DNA of 64,000 nt. Source: a virus (Duplodnaviria; Heunggongvirae; Uroviricota; Caudoviricetes). Shown here piece by piece: positions 47,709 to 56,885 of this stretch. The stretch lies in the IMG/VR virus record IMGVR_UViG_3300033463_000024; one strand, given 5' to 3'. The notes under the pieces are model-generated. The model was not told the origin of the DNA. It saw nothing but the letters and a program-made list of their open reading frames with translations, and made no database searches. A program made the translations under genes and the position numbers. Each line of letters starts with the position of its first letter. Position 1 is the stretch's first letter.

Positions 47709-47989
47709 AATGCAGTTCCTTTACACAACTTGTCTACTTGCCCCCGCAACCAGTCCACCTCGGGCACCGAGGCGCCAACTGGGCAAATTCCATCGATATT
47801 ACCCTTAGTATCGTCCCATGACTGGATGGGTTTCGGGTAGGCGTTAATCGTATCTACCCGGAGTAATTCTTCCAGCCGTTCCTTAACCACATCGTCCAGA
47901 TTGGAATCCCAGATGGTCTTCAAGGCCATCTCGACATTCTCGTAATAGTCATCCCAATCGATAGGGCAGATGGAGCATTCGCCTACCAT
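47705..47989 (-). CDS. hypothetical protein (94 aa)
   Basis: overlapping start/stop. Confidence 0.45.
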   Translation of the reverse strand: MVGECSICPIDWDDYYENVEMALKTIWDSNLDDVVKERLEELLRVDTINAYPKPIQSWDDTKGNIDGICPVGASVPEVDWLRGQVDKLCKGTAL

Positions 47990-48549
47990 ATGGAACCCGT
48001 CTTGTCAAAGAAGTTATTGCGCACCTTGTCAAGCAGCTTGTCAAGCTGGTTACCGGTAAGCACCTGGTCTACCCTGGAAATCCGAAGATCGTTCCCGGTT
48101 GCCACAGAGACCGAAAGCTTGGAGCCACCATACGGAATTTCAAGCTTGTCCTTTCCAGCAACCTTGAGCATCTTTCCCTTGACGGAAACAAACCCATTGC
48201 CAATGAAAATAACCTTTTCGACCTTGGTAATGATGAAATTTTCCTTGATAGGAACACCTTTGCCCATCATCATGGGCAACCGGTCATACTCAAGCACCCA
48301 TTTGTCCCGGTAGAAGTCATCCAGAAGCTTAATGCGGCTAGTCTGGTCATCCTTGGAAACCGTCCGATAATTCTCCTCCGCCACCCGCAATGCCTCCCTG
48401 GCATTTTCAAGCGCCTTCCAAGCCAATTCCTTCTTCGGGTCCGGCTTGGAAAAACGATAGGTCTTAACGGGAACCACTTCCCCGGTCGGAGAGGTGATTG
48501 TAGCAGTCTCGGACTCAAATAAGTCGTTTAACGGGCCGAGCTTGCTCAC
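47983..48549 (-). CDS. hypothetical protein (188 aa; GTG start with a CAGGAGG SD overlapping the PRT stop)
   Basis: SD-supported GTG; there is no in-frame ATG until far downstream. Confidence 0.45.
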   Translation of the reverse strand: MSKLGPLNDLFESETATITSPTGEVVPVKTYRFSKPDPKKELAWKALENAREALRVAEENYRTVSKDDQTSRIKLLDDFYRDKWVLEYDRLPMMMGKGVPIKENFIITKVEKVIFIGNGFVSVKGKMLKVAGKDKLEIPYGGSKLSVSVATGNDLRISRVDQVLTGNQLDKLLDKVRNNFFDKTGSIW

Positions 48550-49940
48550 TGGCAAACCTCCTGCACCTCGTCGATGGAGCTGTAATTGAATGTCCGTTTT
48601 ACGAGTTCCACATGGTCCTGGTCGGGGCACATGGTCTTGCCGATGGAATCGGACAGTTTAACAGCCCAAACCCACGGTGCATCGTTGTGGGCCTTGACCT
48701 TCACAACCTTCATGACCATGGAAAGCGGCTTGCGCTCGGCATTGCCCTTGAACTTCACGATGGAAGCACTGAGGAATGTCCCGATGCCGAAGGCAATCTT
48801 GATACGGAGGTTGAAGTGCTCGGCGATGGCGATGGACTTGTCCACATCGAGACTGTCGCTCCAACAGCCAACCTTGGTGGCCGGGTCAATCTTCAACTTC
48901 TTGTAATGGGCAATGAGCATTTCGCCCCAAGTGTACGGGTTGCCGGAGTCATGCCGGCAGCCATCGAACACCTTGGCATAGAGCTTGCCGCGACGAGAGC
49001 CTGCACCGAAATCTTCGAGGAACGCCTTGAAGCCAAAGTTATCGGACAAGGCAATACCGAGATCACCGCCGAATTCGTGCATCCAGTCTTCAAACACCTG
49101 AGTCTGGCACTTGCGGAGCTTTACATCATCGAGGCCCTGGTAGACCGCGTAAAGCTCATGCGCAAAAGTGCCGATAGCCTTACAACCAAGCTTGATAGCG
49201 AGGTACACATTGGATGTACCCACAAACACGCCCGGAAGTTCCTTCAAGAGGGTGGACACCATGTATTCGTTCCATTCGTCGGATACGCCACGGCGGATAC
49301 CGAAGTCAGAAACGGTAAACTTGATGCCGCGTTCGGATGCTTCCTTCCACTTCTTGATTACTTCGGCAAGGTTACGCTTGGAAGCTTCCCAGTCGATTTC
49401 AAGGTCGTCGAAGTAGAGGTGCTGCACAATCTGCAACACGTAGATTTCAAACCAGTAGACATCCATCTGGGAGCCTTCTGCCCAGATTTTGAGCCCACAT
49501 TCATCGTCCGGATCATATTCGCAGTGAATGTATTCACGCTGCAACTGGAAGCGTTTCAGTTCACGGAGGAAGTCATCATCAATCCACGGTGCAACTTTAC
49601 CAATTCCAGTAAGTTCCCAATCCGTATAGCGGAGGGTGCAAAGGTGGTCGAGTTCGCGATTGATTGCATCGTGCAAGTAATCAAGGCGTACACCCTTGGA
49701 ACGGAGTTTAAACTCCCAGCGGGCCTGTACATTACGGTGCTTGTGGAAGTACAACTGGCCCATGCTGTACTTGTATAAATCGGTTGCAGTCAAATGTTGA
49801 ATAATCCATTTATTCGGGTCCTTTTTCTTGTACTGTTTCGGAAGAGCCGGCGTAATGAGCCTTGCATCCGGCTTGCGACGACCCTTTCTGTTCGGCATTG
49901 CCAAGCTAAGTTTCTTCTTTTCTGTAAGAATCTGTGCCAT
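48546..49940 (-). CDS. nicotinamide/nicotinate phosphoribosyltransferase (NAPRTase family; NadV/PncB-like), with a Lys-rich ~35-aa N-terminal extension
   Basis: TDLYKYSM N-terminal motif, SDFGIRRGVS (PRTase signature) and GTSNV; 464 aa. Confidence 0.7.
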   Translation of the reverse strand: MAQILTEKKKLSLAMPNRKGRRKPDARLITPALPKQYKKKDPNKWIIQHLTATDLYKYSMGQLYFHKHRNVQARWEFKLRSKGVRLDYLHDAINRELDHLCTLRYTDWELTGIGKVAPWIDDDFLRELKRFQLQREYIHCEYDPDDECGLKIWAEGSQMDVYWFEIYVLQIVQHLYFDDLEIDWEASKRNLAEVIKKWKEASERGIKFTVSDFGIRRGVSDEWNEYMVSTLLKELPGVFVGTSNVYLAIKLGCKAIGTFAHELYAVYQGLDDVKLRKCQTQVFEDWMHEFGGDLGIALSDNFGFKAFLEDFGAGSRRGKLYAKVFDGCRHDSGNPYTWGEMLIAHYKKLKIDPATKVGCWSDSLDVDKSIAIAEHFNLRIKIAFGIGTFLSASIVKFKGNAERKPLSMVMKVVKVKAHNDAPWVWAVKLSDSIGKTMCPDQDHVELVKRTFNYSSIDEVQEVCQ

Positions 49941-49952
49941 TTTGTACCTCGT

Positions 49953-50399
49953 TTAACACCATTCGCCAACCATGAGGTCATATCCCAGGCCCCAGTTGAT
50001 CTTGTTTAATTCCTTGTATTCAACATTTCCCATTTCATCATGTCGAATTTCGGGGACATGCCGATGCAAATGCGTCTTCTGGTCCCATTCGTCCAAAGGA
50101 ACATCGGGTAGTCTGCTTTTCGTCCCGGAATACTTATGCTCCGGCGACAGCTTTCCACGTTCGGTTATGATGGATAGCATTTCTTTCTTAGAAATCCGCT
50201 CACCATATTCATCTTCGATAACGAAACGGCGAGAATTCCATAGTTTTCTCCAATCATCAAGACTCTCGGCTATGCCCGGAATCACATGAAGTGAAAACGC
50301 CCACCCATAGCTCGATTTTCCAATATGGAGTCCATAATTGGACCTATATGGCCAATTATGAGGCAACTCCTTATTTCTCAGATAATAGTTGGTACCCAT
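49953..50399 (-). CDS. hypothetical protein (148 aa)
   Basis: ORF. Confidence 0.5.
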   Translation of the reverse strand: MGTNYYLRNKELPHNWPYRSNYGLHIGKSSYGWAFSLHVIPGIAESLDDWRKLWNSRRFVIEDEYGERISKKEMLSIITERGKLSPEHKYSGTKSRLPDVPLDEWDQKTHLHRHVPEIRHDEMGNVEYKELNKINWGLGYDLMVGEWC

Positions 50400-50402
50400 A
50401 CA

Positions 50403-51029
50403 TCAACCGTCTAGTTTACCAAAGAATGCATTGAACTCAGCTTCCACATCGTTAACAAGGATTGCCTGATATATTTCAAATCCCGTATCTTCACCGGTAT
50501 CCTTTCTGAGCGCATCACAAATCCATTCCATTCGATGCTTCACAATCAATTCAATAGGATTACCGTGGAGCTTGAATGGCGTACGGAGAATGAAGTACGG
50601 ATCGAGTTCGCCGGTGGCATCCTGAAGGTCACAAATGTAGTTAAATTGTGGACCACGTTCCACATGAAAACGCGACTTCCACTGGCCATTTTTATAGAAA
50701 CAACCAACACCATCAAGAAGCCTTCTAGTAGAATGAATCCAGGAATTCAAATCCTTGACCACCCGCATGAGCCAGCGACGCTTCATATTGCGTTTCAAGT
50801 CATGCCTGTACACAAGCTTGTGAAGTTTAAGTTCATGCTGCAAAATACTCTTCGCACTATCATCCACACCGTCTTTCAACGCTTTCTGGATACCATGAAT
50901 ATCCTTGATATTCAAGTTCTGCCACTTAGAAATCCTATCAATTTCCTCTACAGCACGCTCACCGGCGCAGTTACCCCAGTCCTGGATGATTTTCAGTGCC
51001 TTTTTCACTTCTGCAAATGTAAGTTCCAT
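50403..51029 (-). CDS. hypothetical protein (208 aa)
   Basis: ORF. Confidence 0.5.
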   Translation of the reverse strand: MELTFAEVKKALKIIQDWGNCAGERAVEEIDRISKWQNLNIKDIHGIQKALKDGVDDSAKSILQHELKLHKLVYRHDLKRNMKRRWLMRVVKDLNSWIHSTRRLLDGVGCFYKNGQWKSRFHVERGPQFNYICDLQDATGELDPYFILRTPFKLHGNPIELIVKHRMEWICDALRKDTGEDTGFEIYQAILVNDVEAEFNAFFGKLDG

Positions 51030-51040
51030 CTCAAATCTCC

Positions 51041-51841
51041 TTAATTGGCAAAAAACGAATACACGCTAGTTCTTATGGCACCAATCTGAATAGTGCCTTC
51101 CAGCAAGTTTGTATCAACGCCGATTAGTAAATTTAAATGCTTTCGGTATTCATCAGTCAGGAACTCATCAAACATCGTTGTGGGAGGTGTGCACATGACC
51201 ATTTTCTTCATGCACATACCGACAAAGCACTGTGCTGCCATCAAAACATCGCAATCTGCCGGTCTAAGCAGCTGTCTCGTAATAATATCGGCAATCTGAT
51301 GGGAAATTTCCGAATGTTTTTCAAGTGAAACAATTTCATGCGTGTATCTGTTAAGCACATCTTCCATTATTTCAATACGGGCGCAATACATCTCTCGAAC
51401 GAAGATTTTCTGTAAATCCTCGGTAGTCTGTTTGCTCCACATATCCTTGATATCCAGACTGTAATCATAGGTCATGCGTCCGCCGCATCTCTCATATTCA
51501 AAATGAAGCGAATTTCCATTTTCCTGATTGAATGGAATAAGAATCTCATTCACAAATCGTTCAAGATTATTATTATACTCACGAGGGGTAAATTGAGGAA
51601 TCGCAAGTGGAACCACATTACATACGTCATAATGACCGGTTTCCAGGTCAAATTTCATGGAAACTTCAAAAGCATTCACTTGTCCATGGTTCCAACGGAA
51701 GAACAGGTACTTAATGTCCTGAATTTTGTCAGTACGGACGGTCCACGGGTCCTTCTGGAGCTTGATTGCCCAGTGGTAGAACTCAGTTTCCTGTCCATCC
51801 TGGGCAGTGCATCTTACGTCGTCAAATTCACTTTCAGCCAT
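51041..51841 (-). CDS. hypothetical protein (266 aa)
   Basis: GAAGGA SD before ATG 51841. Confidence 0.5.
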   Translation of the reverse strand: MAESEFDDVRCTAQDGQETEFYHWAIKLQKDPWTVRTDKIQDIKYLFFRWNHGQVNAFEVSMKFDLETGHYDVCNVVPLAIPQFTPREYNNNLERFVNEILIPFNQENGNSLHFEYERCGGRMTYDYSLDIKDMWSKQTTEDLQKIFVREMYCARIEIMEDVLNRYTHEIVSLEKHSEISHQIADIITRQLLRPADCDVLMAAQCFVGMCMKKMVMCTPPTTMFDEFLTDEYRKHLNLLIGVDTNLLEGTIQIGAIRTSVYSFFAN

Positions 51842-51842
51842 A

Positions 51843-52103
51843 TTAGTCCTTCGTATCTTCGAGAAGCTGCGGGAGGTCTTCCTGCATCTTCTTTGTAAGT
51901 TTCTGGTAAGCACGGGTCATCGAATCCTCGGAGAAACCGCGCCAGGATGTGCGGGCGGGGTATGCACGGTCGGCGCCTTCATCGTCACACTCAATCACGA
52001 TGCACCACCCGAAGATGTGTAGGAAGGTGTTGATAAAAAGAAGAAGTCCTGTGCTCTGGAACTCCTTCCAAGTGGTCTCTTTCGGCGTCGTGTACAGTGC
52101 CAT
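51843..52103 (-). CDS. small membrane protein (86 aa)
   Basis: AAGGA SD; the longer ORF would overlap the tRNA. Confidence 0.45.
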   Translation of the reverse strand: MALYTTPKETTWKEFQSTGLLLFINTFLHIFGWCIVIECDDEGADRAYPARTSWRGFSEDSMTRAYQKLTKKMQEDLPQLLEDTKD

Positions 52104-52121
52104 GTTGTCATCCTTTGCTAA

Positions 52122-52194
52122 AGCGGGAGACGAGATTCGAACTCGCGACCTAGGCAATGGGAATGCCTCGCTCTACCACCTGAGCTACTCCCGC
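52122..52194 (-). tRNA. tRNA-Gly (anticodon CCC); CCA not encoded
   Basis: cloverleaf folded by hand: acceptor GCGGGAG/CTCCCGC, D-arm GCTC/GAGC, anticodon stem AGGCA/TGCCT with loop TTCCCAT, T-arm GCGAG-TTCGAAT-CTCGT. Confidence 0.85.
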
Positions 52195-52450
52195 ATGGTG
52201 GGCCTCCGTGGTAAATCACGTCACGGTAACGGGTGGTCCAACCGTTTCCCCTTTTACCCCAGGGGAAGGGTGCCTAATTTCTTCCTTATGGGAGCGAATT
52301 TCCAGAAAGGGGAAAGGCATCCCCCGCCGCATGATATCTGCATGGGCACAGAACCATTTACTGATGATTCAGGACCGCTCATCGGCTGCCTGGTCATGAC
52401 CCCAAGCGACACTCCACTGATTCTTGTGGCAGAACGGACGACTGTTATCC

Positions 52451-52480
52451 CGAATATAGCAAATTTCCAGCCATATCGGA
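52451..52480 (-). promoter_or_regulatory. promoter-like box AAATTTGCTATATTCG (minus) about 260 nt upstream of the tRNA
   Basis: variant consensus without a clear GTTGCC element. Confidence 0.35.
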
Positions 52481-52495
52481 GGATTTTCCTAAATT

Positions 52496-53302
52496 TTATT
52501 TCAAGTCAATGATTGGCATGATTTTGTCATTGGCCACAACGTCGGGGAGCTCGCCATTCCAGGTTTCAATCCACTGCAACGTGATATATTCCTTGCTGTT
52601 TTGCTGCTTTAACGCCTTGAGACGGGTGGCAATTACTACAGAATCAGCCTTGGCAGCAATAACCTTGGCAGCAGAATCAGCCTTGGCAGCAATCTTCTTC
52701 TGTTCATTCTGGTATTCAACAGCCTTAAGGATATTCTTTTCCTTCAAGGAATTCTGTTCAGCAATCTGCTTATCCAAGATACTCTTGTTAAACTGGGCGT
52801 CAAACTTGAATTCATAGATGGTAAAGCCGTCAAGAATGATATGGGAATTGGCTGAATCCAGTTTGTTACGCAAAGCCTGTTCCATACGGCGACGGACTTC
52901 TTCACGCTTCTGCAACATTTCTTCTGCAACATATTGTGGGGTAACACCGGTAATGGTTTCACGCATCTTCGGCTGCAAGATAGTCACGACCGCATCAGTA
53001 CCGAACTGGCCATACACTTCATCAACCTTCTTTGGATCAATATGATAGTTCACGTTGACCCCGACGGTAACTTCCTGCATGTCCTTTGAGCCGGCACCGA
53101 CCCGCATGGTTTCAAGCTGCGTCTTGACCGGAATCTTGACCACCTTCTCAGTGATGACATTGTAGAAGTTGAGACCAGGTTCCATTGTTTCGCTCACCTT
53201 ACCGAAGTTGAGAACGACACCGCGTTCAGTTTGGTCGATCTGGGAGCATCCAGTGAACGCGAAGAGGATGAGAATTGCTAAAAATGCAATGATTTTTTTC
53301 AT
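52496..53302 (-). CDS. SPFH/band-7 (prohibitin/HflK-like) lipoprotein; signal peptide plus lipobox FTGC
   Basis: MKKIIAFLAILILFAFTGCSQ followed by ERGVVLNFGKV...PGLNF, typical of the SPFH domain. Confidence 0.7.
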   Translation of the reverse strand: MKKIIAFLAILILFAFTGCSQIDQTERGVVLNFGKVSETMEPGLNFYNVITEKVVKIPVKTQLETMRVGAGSKDMQEVTVGVNVNYHIDPKKVDEVYGQFGTDAVVTILQPKMRETITGVTPQYVAEEMLQKREEVRRRMEQALRNKLDSANSHIILDGFTIYEFKFDAQFNKSILDKQIAEQNSLKEKNILKAVEYQNEQKKIAAKADSAAKVIAAKADSVVIATRLKALKQQNSKEYITLQWIETWNGELPDVVANDKIMPIIDLK

Positions 53303-53321
53303 GTTGTTTTATCCTTGTTTG

Positions 53322-53765
53322 TTAAAAATTCGAAATAGGCTGTGCTTGCTTCTGGATGGCATCCAGTTCACTGATACAGGCCTTCAAATGGTCAATATCC
53401 GACTTGTGCCCGTCATCAAGCTCGCACTGGTCAAGAAAAGACTGCTTGACTTTGAGCTCGCCGACAAACATGCGGTAAAGTTCATAGGCATAGCGGAAGC
53501 GATTCTTCTGTGTCGCACCGCCATGGCACGGAACATTCTTGCGGTCTTTCTTCTCGGCATCCCGCATGATAGCTTTAAGTTCCTTGCCAAGACGCTTCTT
53601 GTCGCTTTTCGTCATGAGCAGGGTAGCCTGTTCATACTGTGCACAGCAGATAAGCTTGGCAAAATCGCTCGTAATCTTGGGCTTCGATTCACGTGTACCC
53701 AGGATTTCCCATACAACCCCGATGCCGAAAAGCACGATTGCGATAATGGTAATGATGTCGGTCAT
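53322..53765 (-). CDS. membrane protein (N-terminal TM; 147 aa) next to the SPFH gene; NfeD-like partner?
   Basis: AAAAGGAG SD before ATG 53765; the longer ORF N-terminus is junk-like. Confidence 0.45.
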   Translation of the reverse strand: MTDIITIIAIVLFGIGVVWEILGTRESKPKITSDFAKLICCAQYEQATLLMTKSDKKRLGKELKAIMRDAEKKDRKNVPCHGGATQKNRFRYAYELYRMFVGELKVKQSFLDQCELDDGHKSDIDHLKACISELDAIQKQAQPISNF

Positions 53766-53778
53766 TTGATTACTCCTT

Positions 53779-54141
53779 TTAGTGATGACTGATGTCACCG
53801 GACATTGTGTTAATATTACCCGAAACGGAACCACCCACGTCCACGTCGCCGGAACTTGTTTCAATATTGCCGGCACTTCCGCCGATTGTAATGTCGCCGC
53901 TAGAGCTTGTGCAGTTTCCTGCATCGCCAGTAACCTTGATGTATCCGGAACTTGTTGTAACAGAGCCGACCGTACCTTCGATTGAAATGTTGACAACCTT
54001 TTCCTTGCAGACAATCACTTCATCGCCAACAATGATGTTGTCACCATCAATCGTGATGCTTGAACCCGACGGGGCCTTGATTGTCTTTCCATTGATTTGG
54101 ATGCAATTTCCATTGATGCTATTACATACCAAGATAGCCAT
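53779..54141 (-). CDS. bactofilin-like (polymer-forming beta-helical repeat) protein (120 aa)
   Basis: G/S/T/D/I-rich repeats (..GDITIGGSAGNIETSSGDVDVGGSVSGNI..); AAGGAG SD. Confidence 0.5.
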   Translation of the reverse strand: MAILVCNSINGNCIQINGKTIKAPSGSSITIDGDNIIVGDEVIVCKEKVVNISIEGTVGSVTTSSGYIKVTGDAGNCTSSSGDITIGGSAGNIETSSGDVDVGGSVSGNINTMSGDISHH

Positions 54142-54520
54142 TGATTCTCCTTAACGTTTCCTTATCCATAAATTTACTATCAGTCAGCAATGCTGTCACC
54201 TTGTCAAGAAAGACCCTAAACGGTATGCTGATCCACCTGACATGATTTTTCGGGTCATTGTGCGAATCTTCTCCAAACGGGTTCAATAGTTCCATGTGCC
54301 AGCACTTGTCCTTCGGCCATTTAATATGATGCTCCACTGTAAGAACAACCGGAGCAACCACCGACTCACTATCTTTCGGATACATCTTAATCCGAGAAGA
54401 GTCATCGGAAACTTCAATGCCATATTCGTCAGTTTCCCTTGCAATAGCCTGCTTGATTTCATCTTCGGTAAACTTATCCTGGATAAAATCATTAAATATT
54501 CTGCCAAGTACACCTTCCAT
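54122..54520 (-). CDS. hypothetical protein (132 aa)
   Basis: ORF. Confidence 0.45.
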   Translation of the reverse strand: MEGVLGRIFNDFIQDKFTEDEIKQAIARETDEYGIEVSDDSSRIKMYPKDSESVVAPVVLTVEHHIKWPKDKCWHMELLNPFGEDSHNDPKNHVRWISIPFRVFLDKVTALLTDSKFMDKETLRRINGYLGM

Positions 54521-55074
54521 TAAATTTCCTCCGGGTGTTCAAACGTTATAATTACTTCCACATTGTGGTCGTACGTCGTCATGGAACGAGTCTCATACCA
54601 CCTATTGTTAGTATCGTCGATGAGGATAAACTCATCGGTTTCGGTGTTATCTATTCTTGACGGGAAACTAGTTTCATCCATGGCTTGCTGCACGAAACAC
54701 ATCTGTTTATTTAATCCATAGCGATTCATTGCACCAGGGATATGCAGGTCATCGATTTCCAGTTCATCCTTAGTATTGACCCACTTATGCTTGTAAGCAC
54801 ACTCGATAGAATCATCCTTGGTCCATACCCGACCACGATTTTCCGCCGGAATTTCCAGTGCGTCGAATAGCCACTTTACGACGTAATCCCGAATTTCATC
54901 CTTAGTCTTCCACCCCCAAGTAAACAAACTTACCTTGACGGGCATTCCATGTTCATGTTCAGCAATTTTTTCCAAGACATAGCTTGAAATTCGCTTACAT
55001 TGCTCCTCCAAAAGCGTACAACTGTACAAGTCGTCAATGAGCGTATTCTCGATGTCTATAAATATTTCCGTCAT
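54520..55074 (-). CDS. putative HAD-like phosphatase (motif FIDIENTLID at the N-terminus; DxExT variant)
   Basis: starts 3 nt after the promoter box; motif call is weak. Confidence 0.4.
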   Translation of the reverse strand: MTEIFIDIENTLIDDLYSCTLLEEQCKRISSYVLEKIAEHEHGMPVKVSLFTWGWKTKDEIRDYVVKWLFDALEIPAENRGRVWTKDDSIECAYKHKWVNTKDELEIDDLHIPGAMNRYGLNKQMCFVQQAMDETSFPSRIDNTETDEFILIDDTNNRWYETRSMTTYDHNVEVIITFEHPEEI

Positions 55075-55077
55075 GTT

Positions 55078-55110
55078 CCAAATATAGCAAATGCCGGCAT
55101 TGCCGGCAAC
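55078..55110 (-). promoter_or_regulatory. conserved promoter GTTGCC-N13-TTTGCTATATTTGG
   Basis: consensus copy. Confidence 0.6.
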
Positions 55111-55184
55111 TATATGCAATCCTAGATTTTATGGAACCCGAAGCCAGGCCCATCCATCATGAAACGCTGTCCGCTCAGTTCTTC

Positions 55185-56525
55185 TTGACATACTCCCACG
55201 ACTAAAGTCGTGGGATTCTGGGAGTTGCCACAGATGGGCAACATGTCCCAAAGGTAGATGCCCCTACCTTACATAAGTTACGGGCGGCATTTCTATCCCT
55301 ATCGTGTTCCGCACCACAGCTAGGACATATCCAATGACGGATAGATACATCCTTTAGGTCGTGGTTCTGATAACCACATTCGGAGCATAATTGCGACGAT
55401 GGATACCACTTATCGGCGTACATTACGGTCTTACCAGTCTTATGAGCTACATATTCGAGAATACTCAAGAAAGCATTGAACCCGAAATCGTACATAGACT
55501 TCTTGTACTTCTTGGATAGGTTGGCCAAGTCTAGCGTCTCAAACACCATAACATCGTAGTCTCGGCAGAACTGCCGAGCCAACTTCCAGTGCATATCGGA
55601 ACGCTGATTGGCTACTTTCTCGTGTAGCTTCTGCAATGTACGCAGCGAACCTCGCTTACCCTTGCTCTTTCGGTATTTTTCTGATAGGTTTCTCAATGAT
55701 TTGAGGTTCTTCTGCAATATTTTAGGCATACTACAATCGTCGCCGTTAGAGGAAACCAAGAAGTCGTGCAGACTGAAGTCGAAACCAACGATTTCACCCG
55801 ATTTAGTCCACTCTGTCTGTGTACATTCTTGCTCAACGACGATGTATATGTAGAATCCGTTGCTCTTGCGTTTGACAGTTAAGGTCTTGACCTTGCCATC
55901 AAAATCCCTGCTGTTCCAGTAGGGAAAATCCTTCTTGCATATCTTAACTCTGTTAAAGTCGTGGAATTTATATCCAGCTTGCTTCGTTGTGAATGAACGG
56001 TATTTAGCCGTCTTCTGAAAGTGAGGCGGATTGGTCTTCTTTCCAGCCTTCAAGTTCAAGAAGAACAACCGATATGCTCGGTCTATCCTATCTGTGATGT
56101 CTTGAATGGCTTGCGACGGAACCTCATTCCACTCTGGATATTGTCTCTTCAGTTTGGTTAAGTGCTTCTGCAACTGGTATTTATTAAGCATCTTATGATA
56201 GATACCGTAGTACCGACGGTGCAGAGCAATGCAGTGGTTGTATATCCGTCCAGCAACTACAAGTATATTGTTGAGATACCTTAGAGCATCTCGATTGTAC
56301 AGCTTGTACTTGTATGTCTTCAATTCAACCATAGATAAGCAAATGCCCACAGAACGCTTAATTTGCCCGTCAGCATTCCGTGGACATTTAAAATCTAACC
56401 TTGATAGGAGGACGGGCAAGAACTCTTATCATAGAGAAGTTTATAACAATCTATAAAAACTTTTCTTAATTGGCAACCATTTTCATCATCCCACGGCTGA
56501 AGCCGTGGGCTTTCCGTTCAGCGTA
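55185..56525 (-). mobile_element. IS200/IS605-family (IS1341-type, tnpB only) insertion element; subterminal hairpins CCCACGACT-TTA-AGTCGTGGG (55195..55214) and CCCACGGCT-GA-AGCCGTGGG (~56497..56516)
   Basis: TnpB ORF flanked by two near-identical hairpins; boundaries approximate. Confidence 0.6.
55202..56332 (-). CDS. tnpB: TnpB (IS605 OrfB) RNA-guided RuvC nuclease, with a zinc finger
   Basis: RuvC-I GFDFSL, RuvC-II VFETLDL, CSECG...CPSCG zinc finger and RuvC-III DRDRNAARNL; N-terminus TYKYKLYN. Confidence 0.85.
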   Translation of the reverse strand: MVELKTYKYKLYNRDALRYLNNILVVAGRIYNHCIALHRRYYGIYHKMLNKYQLQKHLTKLKRQYPEWNEVPSQAIQDITDRIDRAYRLFFLNLKAGKKTNPPHFQKTAKYRSFTTKQAGYKFHDFNRVKICKKDFPYWNSRDFDGKVKTLTVKRKSNGFYIYIVVEQECTQTEWTKSGEIVGFDFSLHDFLVSSNGDDCSMPKILQKNLKSLRNLSEKYRKSKGKRGSLRTLQKLHEKVANQRSDMHWKLARQFCRDYDVMVFETLDLANLSKKYKKSMYDFGFNAFLSILEYVAHKTGKTVMYADKWYPSSQLCSECGYQNHDLKDVSIRHWICPSCGAEHDRDRNAARNLCKVGASTFGTCCPSVATPRIPRL

Positions 56526-56574
56526 AAATTCAGGTGTTTGCATTTCGGCGCAGTTACCTTATGCAGCCATTTCC

Positions 56575-56883
56575 TTATTGCTTCGAACATTCGGACTCCC
56601 ATTTTTCAATGAATTTAACCATGTCGTCAGTCATCGGGATAGGATGCAATATGTCATCGCCGTACCAGCGGCCCTTTACACGAGCCTGAAGGCACAGATT
56701 GATGTCATGTTCCCATTCATCCTCGGAAATATTCCAGTCAGCCGGCGGCTTATTGGGTAAATGGAAAATAGGTTCAATAATAGAATGGTCATGCACATTC
56801 TTAGCCAGGTGATAACTACGAAAACCGCCTGCAACGCCAATAACCAGATTTGGCAGAGGTATGTCAGGAAACATCTTGTGCAT
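56575..56883 (-). CDS. hypothetical protein (102 aa)
   Basis: GGGGGA SD. Confidence 0.45.
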   Translation of the reverse strand: MHKMFPDIPLPNLVIGVAGGFRSYHLAKNVHDHSIIEPIFHLPNKPPADWNISEDEWEHDINLCLQARVKGRWYGDDILHPIPMTDDMVKFIEKWESECSKQ

Positions 56884-56885
56884 GG

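Noticed and set aside
48546-49940. Firm call of NAMPT (nicotinamide-specific) for the phosphoribosyltransferase
   Set aside because: The DLYKYSM and SDFGIRR motifs look at least as PncB-like as NadV-like. Specificity cannot be decided from the sequence alone.
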